A stretch of DNA of 64,000 nucleotides from an uncultured Rickettsiales bacterium (lineage in GTDB: Bacteria > Pseudomonadota > Alphaproteobacteria > Rickettsiales > RI-342). A program made the translations under genes and the position numbers. The notes beneath the pieces are model-generated. The model had not been told where the DNA came from, searched no databases, and worked only from the letters and a program-made list of their open reading frames with translations. Shown in pieces: positions 20,251-28,068 of the stretch. Location of the stretch: contig CAYSXY010000001.1 of the NCBI GenBank assembly GCA_964435165.1, positions 43,847 through 107,846 of the forward strand, in the 5' to 3' direction. Position 1 is the first letter of the stretch. Each line of letters starts with the position of its first letter.

Positions 20251-21933
20251 CTAGAAGCGACGGACCAGGCCAACAAACAGCCGTGGCTGATCGCCGTCAT
20301 TGCGTTCGGCGCTGACATTACGCGTCAGTGGCACGGCCAGTTCAACAAAGCCGGTGGTTTGGCTGTTGACATTGAAGCGCACGCCCGGACCGAACGAGGC
20401 AAGCGTATCGCGCCCACTCACACCTGGCAGGCCGTCTTCTTCCCATACCGCTCCAAAATCATAATAGAGATAAGCCTGGTAAGAACTGAGATATTCATAA
20501 TCGGTTGCACGACCATAGCGTAGCTCACCGCGGAAGGCGACACCATGATCGCCGGTGATTTCCGAAGGATCATAAGCCGAGCCGAACAGCGAGCCCCCTA
20601 CCCCGAACTCCTCTGACGAGAGTAACGGATCGAACGCATACTGCCCGGTGACACTCGTGAAGAGTGAGAAGTCACGCGGCAGATCCTGCAGGCGGGTGAT
20701 GGTCGCGTTAATGCTGGTAAAGTCGGCTTCGCCATCAGGCCGCGAGCGGTTGAGGCCGTCATCGCTGGCGCCAAACGCATCAATCCCCTGGCGTAACTGC
20801 ATATCCAGCAGGTTGATGCCGCGCCAATCATCGGCAACATCGAGATTGAAGCCGGCAAAGAGCGTACGCACACTGTCATCATAGAGTTCGATGCCGGAGA
20901 TATCGGTTTCCGTATCGACCATCTCAAACCCGACACGGGCAAACACATTATACGTACGAGAGCGCACAAACGGATGCTCGACAGCCACTTCAAAACGGGT
21001 GCTTTCCCCTTCGATATTCAATGGCTCAAGGAACGAGCCTGGCTCGGTCATGCTGTAGGCGCCACGCAGTTCTATCCGCGTGCCTTCATTGCCAATCTGC
21101 TGCTCATGTGCCACATCAATAAAGCGCAGTTCATCCACTTCTGAGGTGAGGATGCCACGCACTGTTGTGCGCTCATACATGCCGAGAATCGAGTTGGCAG
21201 CGGCGATGCCCGTCAACTGGTAAGGCCCAAGCAGACGGCTGCCGCGATTATCGGCCTGAATCGCCCCTTCATAAGTATCATGCCCGACGAGCAACACGAG
21301 GCTGGATGCACCAGCTTCAATCTGCGAGGGCTGGAGAATGCCGCGTGCGGTCACGCCCGGCAGATCATCGGCCAACAGCAAGTAACGCTCCAGTGTTTTG
21401 ACATTGAGCGGCTTGCTTTCCTGAATTTTCGCGGCATAGGCGCGCAGTAATTCTTCACTGCCCTTGATCTCGCCCTGAATATTCACATCGCTGATGTGAC
21501 CTTCGGCAATTTGCAATGTAACGACACCATCTTTAATGCGCTGCGGGCCGATAAAGGCACGCGAGAGGATATATCCATCACGGCGATATTTTGCCGTAAT
21601 GTTGCGTGCCAACTGATTAATCTCACGCATGGTCACACGCTTGCCGAGATAATCACTCACTTCCATTTTCAATATGTCATCGTCATAGACACTGTTGCCC
21701 TCAAACATCATATCATTGAGGACAAAGCTGACTTCCTGAATGGCGGCGTCACCAGCAGTGGTTGCGCCTTCCTGTTCAATCACTGCATCCTGCCTCGGCG
21801 TTGGAAGACTGCGCGGCAAGATGTCGCGTTGCACCCGTTCCGGCGCGGCGGTGGGGGGCACGATTTGCGCCCAGCTGGCAGAAGAAGTAGTGATGAGTAA
21901 AGCGGAAGCAAGGGCAAAAGAAAGCGAGCGCAT
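20251..21933 (-). CDS. TpsB outer-membrane transporter (ShlB/FhaC/HecB family)
   Basis: Signal peptide, POTRA-like N-terminal region (FEGNSVYDDD...LARNITAKYRRDGYILSRAFI), C-terminal beta-barrel ending in an aromatic residue (LVRRF). Immediately upstream of the TpsA gene. Confidence 0.9.
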   Translation of the reverse strand: MRSLSFALASALLITTSSASWAQIVPPTAAPERVQRDILPRSLPTPRQDAVIEQEGATTAGDAAIQEVSFVLNDMMFEGNSVYDDDILKMEVSDYLGKRVTMREINQLARNITAKYRRDGYILSRAFIGPQRIKDGVVTLQIAEGHISDVNIQGEIKGSEELLRAYAAKIQESKPLNVKTLERYLLLADDLPGVTARGILQPSQIEAGASSLVLLVGHDTYEGAIQADNRGSRLLGPYQLTGIAAANSILGMYERTTVRGILTSEVDELRFIDVAHEQQIGNEGTRIELRGAYSMTEPGSFLEPLNIEGESTRFEVAVEHPFVRSRTYNVFARVGFEMVDTETDISGIELYDDSVRTLFAGFNLDVADDWRGINLLDMQLRQGIDAFGASDDGLNRSRPDGEADFTSINATITRLQDLPRDFSLFTSVTGQYAFDPLLSSEEFGVGGSLFGSAYDPSEITGDHGVAFRGELRYGRATDYEYLSSYQAYLYYDFGAVWEEDGLPGVSGRDTLASFGPGVRFNVNSQTTGFVELAVPLTRNVSAERNDGDQPRLFVGLVRRF

Positions 21934-22288
21934 GGTTCTTTTCCATTGTTATGATGTTTATTGTAATGCATCGCACGGGCGTGCAATGGAGATGCTGATG
22001 CAAAAGCAAGTTTTTAGTCCTTTTTTTCTCACCTGTAAAGGCGCTGCTTCATAGGCCACTGATTTGCCATTATAAGTTTAACAATCGTTATGGATTCTAA
22101 AGCCACGCAGCATCAGCATTTCGTCGCAGTCAGCGCATAATGGTAAAAAAATAAAGAATTGACAGAAGCCGCGTCATTTGCTCTTAAGCGATTATTCTTT
22201 GTTTTCGTGCACGCAGCATGAACATGGCCTTGCGCCATTACATAACACACTGATAGAACATAACCGTACTTCCTAGCAGGACAGTCCC

Positions 22289-23572
22289 ATGCGCTTTGCC
22301 CACTCTCTCACCTTTGCCTGCCTCGCCAGCACCGCTTTTGTAGCTGTGGCCATAATGCCCACTCATTCGCTGGCAGCCGATAATAAGGAATCGATTGCCG
22401 ATTTGCGCAAAGAGTTGCAGGTGCAACGTGGTCGGATTGAAGTGCAGCAGCGCGCCCTGGAGACACAACTTCGGGCACTGGAGAAAAGCCAGCAACGCCT
22501 TAATAAGCAGATTAGGGATATTGATAAGTTAGAGAAACGTCTCAGCAAAGCGCTTGAAACCGCTCTGCCGGAAGAGATGGAAGCCATTGAACAAGCGGAT
22601 AGCGCTGTACCTGATCAAGTGGGAACGGAGCGTCGCACAGAAGAGATGGAAAAACCACAGGCGGTAGAGGTTGCGACTCTGGCAGATGAAGGGGGCGTCT
22701 TGCTCTCTAAAGGACAGCTTATTATTGACCCGTCGCTCGAATATTCCCGCGCTTCCACCTTGCGAGTCGCGGTGGAGGGCTTCACCATTGTACCGGCATT
22801 GAATATTGGCTCGTTTGATATTTCGCAGATCGACCGTGACACGTACAGCGCATCGCTTGGCTTGCGCTATGGCCTGACCAACCGCCTGGAGATCAGCACC
22901 CGAGTGCCGTATGTGTATCGTAATGACAGCACGCTCAGTCGGCCAATTGGCGAAGGCGTTGGCGTTGAGCGCCTGACAGATGTAAGTGGTGATGGTATTG
23001 GCGATTTGGAGTTCGGCGCTAACTATCAGTTAACCAATGGCGAAGGCGGCTGGCCCTTCCTGGTCGCAAATTTCCGCGTGAAATCGAACACGGGCACCAA
23101 TCCGTTTGAAGTGAATATTGACCCCGATACCGGGCTGCAGACAGAATTGCCGACCGGTTCCGGCTTCTGGGCTCTCTCGCCAAGCATCACCGCCATCTTC
23201 CCCTCCGACCCAGTCGTGTTTTTCGGTAATCTTGGGTACTTATATAATATGCCCAATGACTTTGGTGGCAATACGGGTGAGATTGATCCGGGCGACAGTA
23301 TCAGCTTCAGCTTTGGTATGGGCCTGGGTATTAATGATCGCACGTCATTCAATGTGGGCTATGGTCACAGCGTGGTGTTTGAAACCACACAGAATGGTAA
23401 TACATTACCCACCTCCGATGTGCTGCAGGTTGGTTCTCTCGACCTTGGTTTTTCTTATCAGGTCAATGACTCGCAGAATCTCAACTTTACCGTCAGCGCT
23501 GGCCTGACGGATGATGCACCTGATGTGCGCCTGGTGTTCCGCGCACCTTTCAGCCTCAACCTGCATGAATAG
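22289..23572 (+). CDS. Outer-membrane beta-barrel protein with N-terminal coiled coil (FapF-like architecture)
   Basis: Signal peptide ending in SLA, about 55 aa of heptad-like sequence (IADLRKELQVQRGRIEVQQRALETQLRALEKSQQRLNKQIRDIDKLEKRL), an acidic linker, then alternating-hydrophobic beta-strand region with GIGDLEFGANYQL. The CDS is secure; the functional call is architectural only. Confidence 0.55.
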   Translation: MRFAHSLTFACLASTAFVAVAIMPTHSLAADNKESIADLRKELQVQRGRIEVQQRALETQLRALEKSQQRLNKQIRDIDKLEKRLSKALETALPEEMEAIEQADSAVPDQVGTERRTEEMEKPQAVEVATLADEGGVLLSKGQLIIDPSLEYSRASTLRVAVEGFTIVPALNIGSFDISQIDRDTYSASLGLRYGLTNRLEISTRVPYVYRNDSTLSRPIGEGVGVERLTDVSGDGIGDLEFGANYQLTNGEGGWPFLVANFRVKSNTGTNPFEVNIDPDTGLQTELPTGSGFWALSPSITAIFPSDPVVFFGNLGYLYNMPNDFGGNTGEIDPGDSISFSFGMGLGINDRTSFNVGYGHSVVFETTQNGNTLPTSDVLQVGSLDLGFSYQVNDSQNLNFTVSAGLTDDAPDVRLVFRAPFSLNLHE

Positions 23573-23745
23573 CTGCCATTCTTAAACTGCATAGCTGTTA
23601 TTTTTACTTCTCGTTCATGATTATTGATTCGCAATATCTTTCATAAGTCGCTCTTATGCTTGGATTGATGCGCTTTTGAATACAGACTGTTCACCAAATT
23701 TACTTATTAACAACAAACATTAACGGGCGTTTATTTTTACTTGCA

Positions 23746-23774
23746 TGTTTGAAAAAGGCTATTATGCATAGTGC
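23746..23774 (+). promoter_or_regulatory. Candidate sigma-70-type promoter for the repeat-protein gene
   Basis: TTACTT-17 nt-TATTAT about 90 nt upstream of the ATG at 23866, in an AT-rich 290-bp spacer. Sequence pattern only. Confidence 0.25.
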
Positions 23775-23865
23775 GCAGGTAAAGGCGTTTTTGAATATTG
23801 ACTATTCGTTCATTTTTAAATTCGTCGCAAATAAATCTCATAAATATCCGTTCTGGAGGATTACA

Positions 23866-25986
23866 ATGAATTTTAAAACTCTTCTTGGCACAACGTCTGC
23901 CGTTGCTCTGTTGGCTTCCGTAGCCAGCACCCCGGCTTACGCTGTGGACGATGCCATTGATGGCAACAAGAACGACAACAACACCGTTGACCAGTCGCAA
24001 GACACCAACGATGCGTCGTTTAATGATAACAGCGAACTGACCGATAACTCGGACAACTCGATTGATACCGATAATTCAATCGATACCGATAACTCGGACA
24101 ATTCGGATAACTCGATCGATACCGCTGATTCGTACAATGCTGACAACACGAACAATTCGGACAACTCCGTAGACACCGATGTTGACAACAGCAACAACGC
24201 TGATAACTCGGATAATTCGGATAATTCGATCGACACCGCTGATTCGTACAACGATCAGTCCGATAACTCGGTTGATAATGACTACGATTTCGACAATGAT
24301 GTTGATACTGATGTTGACAACAGCAACAACTCCGACAACTCGGACAACAGCTCTGTTGACACCGACAATTCCGACAATTCGGATAACTCGATCGATACCG
24401 CTGATTCGTACAACACGGATAACACGAACAATGCCGATAACTCGGACAATTCGGACAATTCCGTAGATACCGATACCGACAATTCCGACAACTCGGACAA
24501 CTCGGACAATTCGGATAACTCGATCGATACCGCTGATTCGTACAACGATCAGTCCGATAACACCGATAACTCGGATAACTCGATCGATACCGATACCGAC
24601 AATTCGAACAACTCCGATAACTCGGACAATTCGGATAACTCGATCGATACCGCTGATTCGTACAACGATCAGTCCGACAATTCGAACAACTCGGACAATT
24701 CGGACAACAGCTCCATTGATACCGACAATTCGAACAACTCCGATAATTCGGACAATTCGGACAACTCCATCGATACCGCTGATTCGTACAACGACAGCTC
24801 CGATAACTCGATTGATACCGATACGGACAACTCGATCGACAACGACTATTCGTATGACAATGATACGGATACCGATGTGGATAACTCCGACAATTCGGAC
24901 AATTCGGTTTACACCGAAACCAACACGGACAACTCGGACAACAGCCTGGTGACCACAACCACCACGCAAACCGATTCGTTCAACACCGATACGGATACCG
25001 ATGTTGATAATTCCGATAACTCGGATAACTCGATCGATACCGCTGATTCCTACAACACGGATAACAGCAATAACTCGGACAATTCGAACAATTCCGACAA
25101 CTCCAACAACTCGGATAACTCGAACAACTCCGACAACTCGATCGATACCGATACGGACAATTCGGACAATTCGACCACGGATATCGCTGATTCCTACAAT
25201 ACGGATAACAGCGACAACTCCGATAACTCGGTGAATGATTCGTACAATACCGACAACACGAACAACTCGGATAACTCCGACAATTCGGACAACTCGGTAT
25301 ACACCGAAACCAACACCGACAATTCCGATAACTCGGACAACTCGGACAACTCGACCACCGATATTGCTGATTCCTACAACACGGACAACAGCAACAACTC
25401 GGACAACTCGAACAACTCCGATAACTCCGATAATTCCGACAACTCGGTGAACGATTCCTACAACACCGCTGATTCGAACAACACTGACAACTCCGATAAC
25501 TCGGACAACTCAGTGAATGATTCGAACAATACTGAAGGTTCGTACAACACCACTGATAACTCCGATAACTCGGACAACAGTGACAGCTCGGTGAATGATT
25601 CCAATAACACCGACGATTCGTACAACGTTTCGGATTCGGATAACGACAACAACTCGTACAACACGACTGATTCGAACAACGATAACAGCGATAACAGCAT
25701 GAATGATAATCGCACCATCGTTGACAACAGCGTGAACGTGACGAGCGGTGATGTTCTGTTCCAGGGTAACAGCCAAGTTACCGCTTCGGTTCTGAACTCG
25801 ACCGTTGCTAACTCGACCGTGAACTGGGATCTGCAAGATGTGACCATTCAAGGTAACCGTCTGCAAGGTGAAGCCTTCAAAGGTTCCAGCGGTATCAACG
25901 CAGCGAACATGAACACCGGCGTGAACTCCAATGTTCAACAGTCGATTTCGGTTCGTGCGACCATCAACAATGGCGTAACCCCGTAA
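23866..25986 (+). CDS. Secreted 706-aa D/N/S/T-rich repeat protein with a C-terminal Q/N/G-rich module (candidate major fibre subunit, FapC-like)
   Basis: GGAGGA RBS 6 nt upstream of the ATG at 23866. Signal peptide MNFKTLLGTTSAVALLASVASTPAYA. About 563 aa of DNS-type repeats. C-terminus GNRLQGEAFKGSSGINAANMNTGVNSNVQQSISV is shared with the two downstream small proteins. Confidence 0.85.
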   Translation: MNFKTLLGTTSAVALLASVASTPAYAVDDAIDGNKNDNNTVDQSQDTNDASFNDNSELTDNSDNSIDTDNSIDTDNSDNSDNSIDTADSYNADNTNNSDNSVDTDVDNSNNADNSDNSDNSIDTADSYNDQSDNSVDNDYDFDNDVDTDVDNSNNSDNSDNSSVDTDNSDNSDNSIDTADSYNTDNTNNADNSDNSDNSVDTDTDNSDNSDNSDNSDNSIDTADSYNDQSDNTDNSDNSIDTDTDNSNNSDNSDNSDNSIDTADSYNDQSDNSNNSDNSDNSSIDTDNSNNSDNSDNSDNSIDTADSYNDSSDNSIDTDTDNSIDNDYSYDNDTDTDVDNSDNSDNSVYTETNTDNSDNSLVTTTTTQTDSFNTDTDTDVDNSDNSDNSIDTADSYNTDNSNNSDNSNNSDNSNNSDNSNNSDNSIDTDTDNSDNSTTDIADSYNTDNSDNSDNSVNDSYNTDNTNNSDNSDNSDNSVYTETNTDNSDNSDNSDNSTTDIADSYNTDNSNNSDNSNNSDNSDNSDNSVNDSYNTADSNNTDNSDNSDNSVNDSNNTEGSYNTTDNSDNSDNSDSSVNDSNNTDDSYNVSDSDNDNNSYNTTDSNNDNSDNSMNDNRTIVDNSVNVTSGDVLFQGNSQVTASVLNSTVANSTVNWDLQDVTIQGNRLQGEAFKGSSGINAANMNTGVNSNVQQSISVRATINNGVTP
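24022..25710 (+). repeat. Coding low-complexity array with 9-nt (Asp/Asn-Asn-Ser) periodicity and higher-order ADSYN punctuation
   Basis: gataactcg, gacaattcg and gacaactcc units repeated. Nine ADSYN-containing motifs by my count (IDTADSYN x7, TDIADSYN x2). Synonymous codon alternation breaks up perfect DNA identity. Confidence 0.92.
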
Positions 25987-26029
25987 TATACGGAGTGTAA
26001 CCAACGTTGTTACGATTTGCGGGAAGTGC

Positions 26030-26055
26030 CGAATTCGGCACTTCCCCTTCGTAAC
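26030..26055 (+). terminator. Strong stem-loop after the repeat-protein gene (possible attenuating terminator)
   Basis: gggaagtgccg aatt cggcacttccc, an 11-bp perfect stem 44 nt after the stop. No strong U-tract. Confidence 0.4.
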
Positions 26056-26136
26056 ATCAACCACAATATGTTATATCAAACCAGCAGGATCCTTCCTTTT
26101 GCTTTGATGTAACAACCTAATATCAGGATAACGATA

Positions 26137-26700
26137 ATGCGCTTACGCAAGTCGACCATTGCTATGACCTTTGTCGCGGTTGCCGCACTTGTAGGCTTCC
26201 GCCCAGCGGTTGCCGACCAGCCTGTGTTCAATTACAGCCCAATGTATGGTCCGGCTCATCAGGTATCCAACCTGTTTTTCCCTGGAGAACTTAGCCCGTG
26301 GCGTGACCTTTCTCTTCCGTGGAACGCCAGCACTGATGCAACCTGGCTGCGTTATGCCGAGAATTATGGCCCGGCACTGCCTCTGCCATCAATTCTGGAA
26401 GGCTCACCTTCTTCTGTGAGTATGACATTGGCTACCAATATGGAATTCTTCAATGCTCAAACGCTGCAGGATGACAATCTGAATGAGATGCGGGGTGCAT
26501 TCGCCGCTGAAACGTTGGGTGTGTCGATTCTGGAAGCGGCGGCTGTGCAAAACACCATCAATGGTGATTCCATTACCGGCTATAACCGCCTGCAGAATGA
26601 AGCCTTTCAAAATTCAAGCGGTGTGATCAGCGTGATTCAGAATACCGGTAATAATGTCATTATTCAGAACTCGACCATCGTCAACCTGCATATGGAATAA
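26137..26700 (+). CDS. Small secreted protein carrying the shared C-terminal Q/N/G module (FapB-like candidate)
   Basis: Signal peptide ...FRPAVA. LNEMRGAF motif. C-terminal YNRLQNEAFQNSSGVISVIQNTGNNVIIQNSTIVNL is about half identical to the C-terminus of the repeat protein. Confidence 0.7.
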   Translation: MRLRKSTIAMTFVAVAALVGFRPAVADQPVFNYSPMYGPAHQVSNLFFPGELSPWRDLSLPWNASTDATWLRYAENYGPALPLPSILEGSPSSVSMTLATNMEFFNAQTLQDDNLNEMRGAFAAETLGVSILEAAAVQNTINGDSITGYNRLQNEAFQNSSGVISVIQNTGNNVIIQNSTIVNLHME

Positions 26701-26772
26701 TTTACGCTGCATCCGGTCGCCAGGCGTGATAAGGACGGTGCTCGTACACGAAACAAAGACGAAAACAGGGAT

Positions 26773-27465
26773 ATGCGGCACATACTGACATTACTTGTAA
26801 CGATGATGGCCCTACAAGGGGCGCCCGCCCATGCGCAATTGGCATTATGGGATACGGTCGGCGGCAATTTTTCAGTTCCGGTGCAAACCATCTCCGAAAG
26901 GCGCTTTAGTGGTGTCATCCCTCAACAAAAAGATTTCAGCTGCGGTTCGGCTGCACTTGCGACACTCCTGACCTATCACTATGAGCGACCTATTACGGAG
27001 GAAGAAGCGCTGGAAGCCATGTATGCAGTCGGCGAACAGGAAAAAATCGAGCGTGAAGGCTTCTCCCTTCTGGATATGAAAAATTATCTGGCCACTCTGG
27101 GGCTGCGCGCCGATGGCTATCGTCAATCGCTTGATCAACTGAGTTCAGTAGGCATCCCAGCTATCGTCCTCATTAACTATAATGGCTATTTGCACTTTGT
27201 TGTTATCAAAGGCGTTACCGACGATGATGTATTGGTGGGCGACCCAGCGCTAGGCCTGCGCAGCATGGGGCGTGAGAAGTTTGAATCGATGTGGAACGGT
27301 ATTCTCTTTGTCATTCGTGACGATATTGATATCGCCAAAAGCAATTTCAACCAAATAACGGAATGGGCCATGATTGGTCAGGCTCCGATTACTGCACAGG
27401 CAACCTCTTTGCAGGATTTATCGAGCTTCTATCTCAATCTGCGCACCGCACCGAACTATTATTAA
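26773..27465 (+). CDS. Periplasmic C39-family cysteine peptidase (FapD-like, stand-alone, no ABC transporter)
   Basis: Signal peptide ...LQGAPAHA. QQKDFSCGSAALATLL (Cys codon 26941-26943), YLHFVVIKG (His), VLVGDPALG (Asp). Confidence 0.85.
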   Translation: MRHILTLLVTMMALQGAPAHAQLALWDTVGGNFSVPVQTISERRFSGVIPQQKDFSCGSAALATLLTYHYERPITEEEALEAMYAVGEQEKIEREGFSLLDMKNYLATLGLRADGYRQSLDQLSSVGIPAIVLINYNGYLHFVVIKGVTDDDVLVGDPALGLRSMGREKFESMWNGILFVIRDDIDIAKSNFNQITEWAMIGQAPITAQATSLQDLSSFYLNLRTAPNYY

Positions 27466-27467
27466 GG

Positions 27468-28013
27468 ATGATGACGTTCATGACCGTTGGATTTAGTGCA
27501 TCTCTTTCTCGCCTGACACAGAGTGCTGCCACTGTGGCATTGCTGCTCTCACTGGCGATGCCGGCCCACGCTTTTATTGATGATGTGCCCGATAGTGGCG
27601 CCGACGCAGAGGCATTTTTTGGGGCTGAAAACAAGGTAAGTGACGAGGAACTTTCCGGGATGCGTGGAGCGTATATCGACGCAAATGGCTTGGAAGTGAA
27701 TTTCACCCTGACGACACAAACTATTATCGATGGCCGTGTGGTCCATGAAGTGCGACTGACACCTCAAGTGACACCGACTTTCAACGTCAATGACCTATCC
27801 AAGCTGGTTCGTGTTGGTGAAGGCAATATTGCCTACCCGCAAGAGCTGCTGAATGACGCGAACCGTATCATGACTGTGATTCAGAACACAAATGATAACA
27901 CGGTGATTCAAAATCTGAACCTGCTCGATCTTGAAGTTGATAATGTGCAGGATTTCTACAATCAGCAAATGACTGGCATGGTCAATTTCTCTGCCGTTCG
28001 CGCTTTACGATAA
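27468..28013 (+). CDS. Small secreted paralogue of the 26137..26700 product
   Basis: Met cluster at 27468, 27471 and 27480 just after the C39 stop. Signal peptide ...LSLAMPAHA. LSGMRGAY motif and RIMTVIQNTNDNTVIQNLNLL module. Confidence 0.65.
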   Translation: MMTFMTVGFSASLSRLTQSAATVALLLSLAMPAHAFIDDVPDSGADAEAFFGAENKVSDEELSGMRGAYIDANGLEVNFTLTTQTIIDGRVVHEVRLTPQVTPTFNVNDLSKLVRVGEGNIAYPQELLNDANRIMTVIQNTNDNTVIQNLNLLDLEVDNVQDFYNQQMTGMVNFSAVRALR

Positions 28014-28068
28014 GCAGGCAAGCGCCGCTGATCCAGCCGTTATGTAATAACCGCCGCCTCAGCGTGCA

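Noticed and set aside
22289-23572. Considered that this barrel protein could be a second TpsB or an Omp85-type partner for the adjacent TPS pair.
   Set aside because: It has no POTRA-like region, is much shorter than Omp85-type proteins, and instead has an N-terminal coiled coil. It is co-oriented with the downstream repeat-protein cluster, not with tpsBA.
24020-24969. Long antisense ORFs (312 aa and 297 aa, Cys/Arg-rich or Val/Ile/Arg-rich), plus several 70-130 aa ORFs in other frames, across the repeat gene.
   Set aside because: They are a by-product of the 9-nt periodic repeat, which lacks stop codons in several frames. They have no RBS, their composition is implausible, and the sense frame has a signal peptide, an RBS and a conserved C-terminal module.
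24022-25710. Possible CRISPR array or non-coding satellite, because of the striking periodicity.
   Set aside because: The period is 9 nt with no repeat-spacer structure. The array is in frame within a long ORF, and no cas genes are present.
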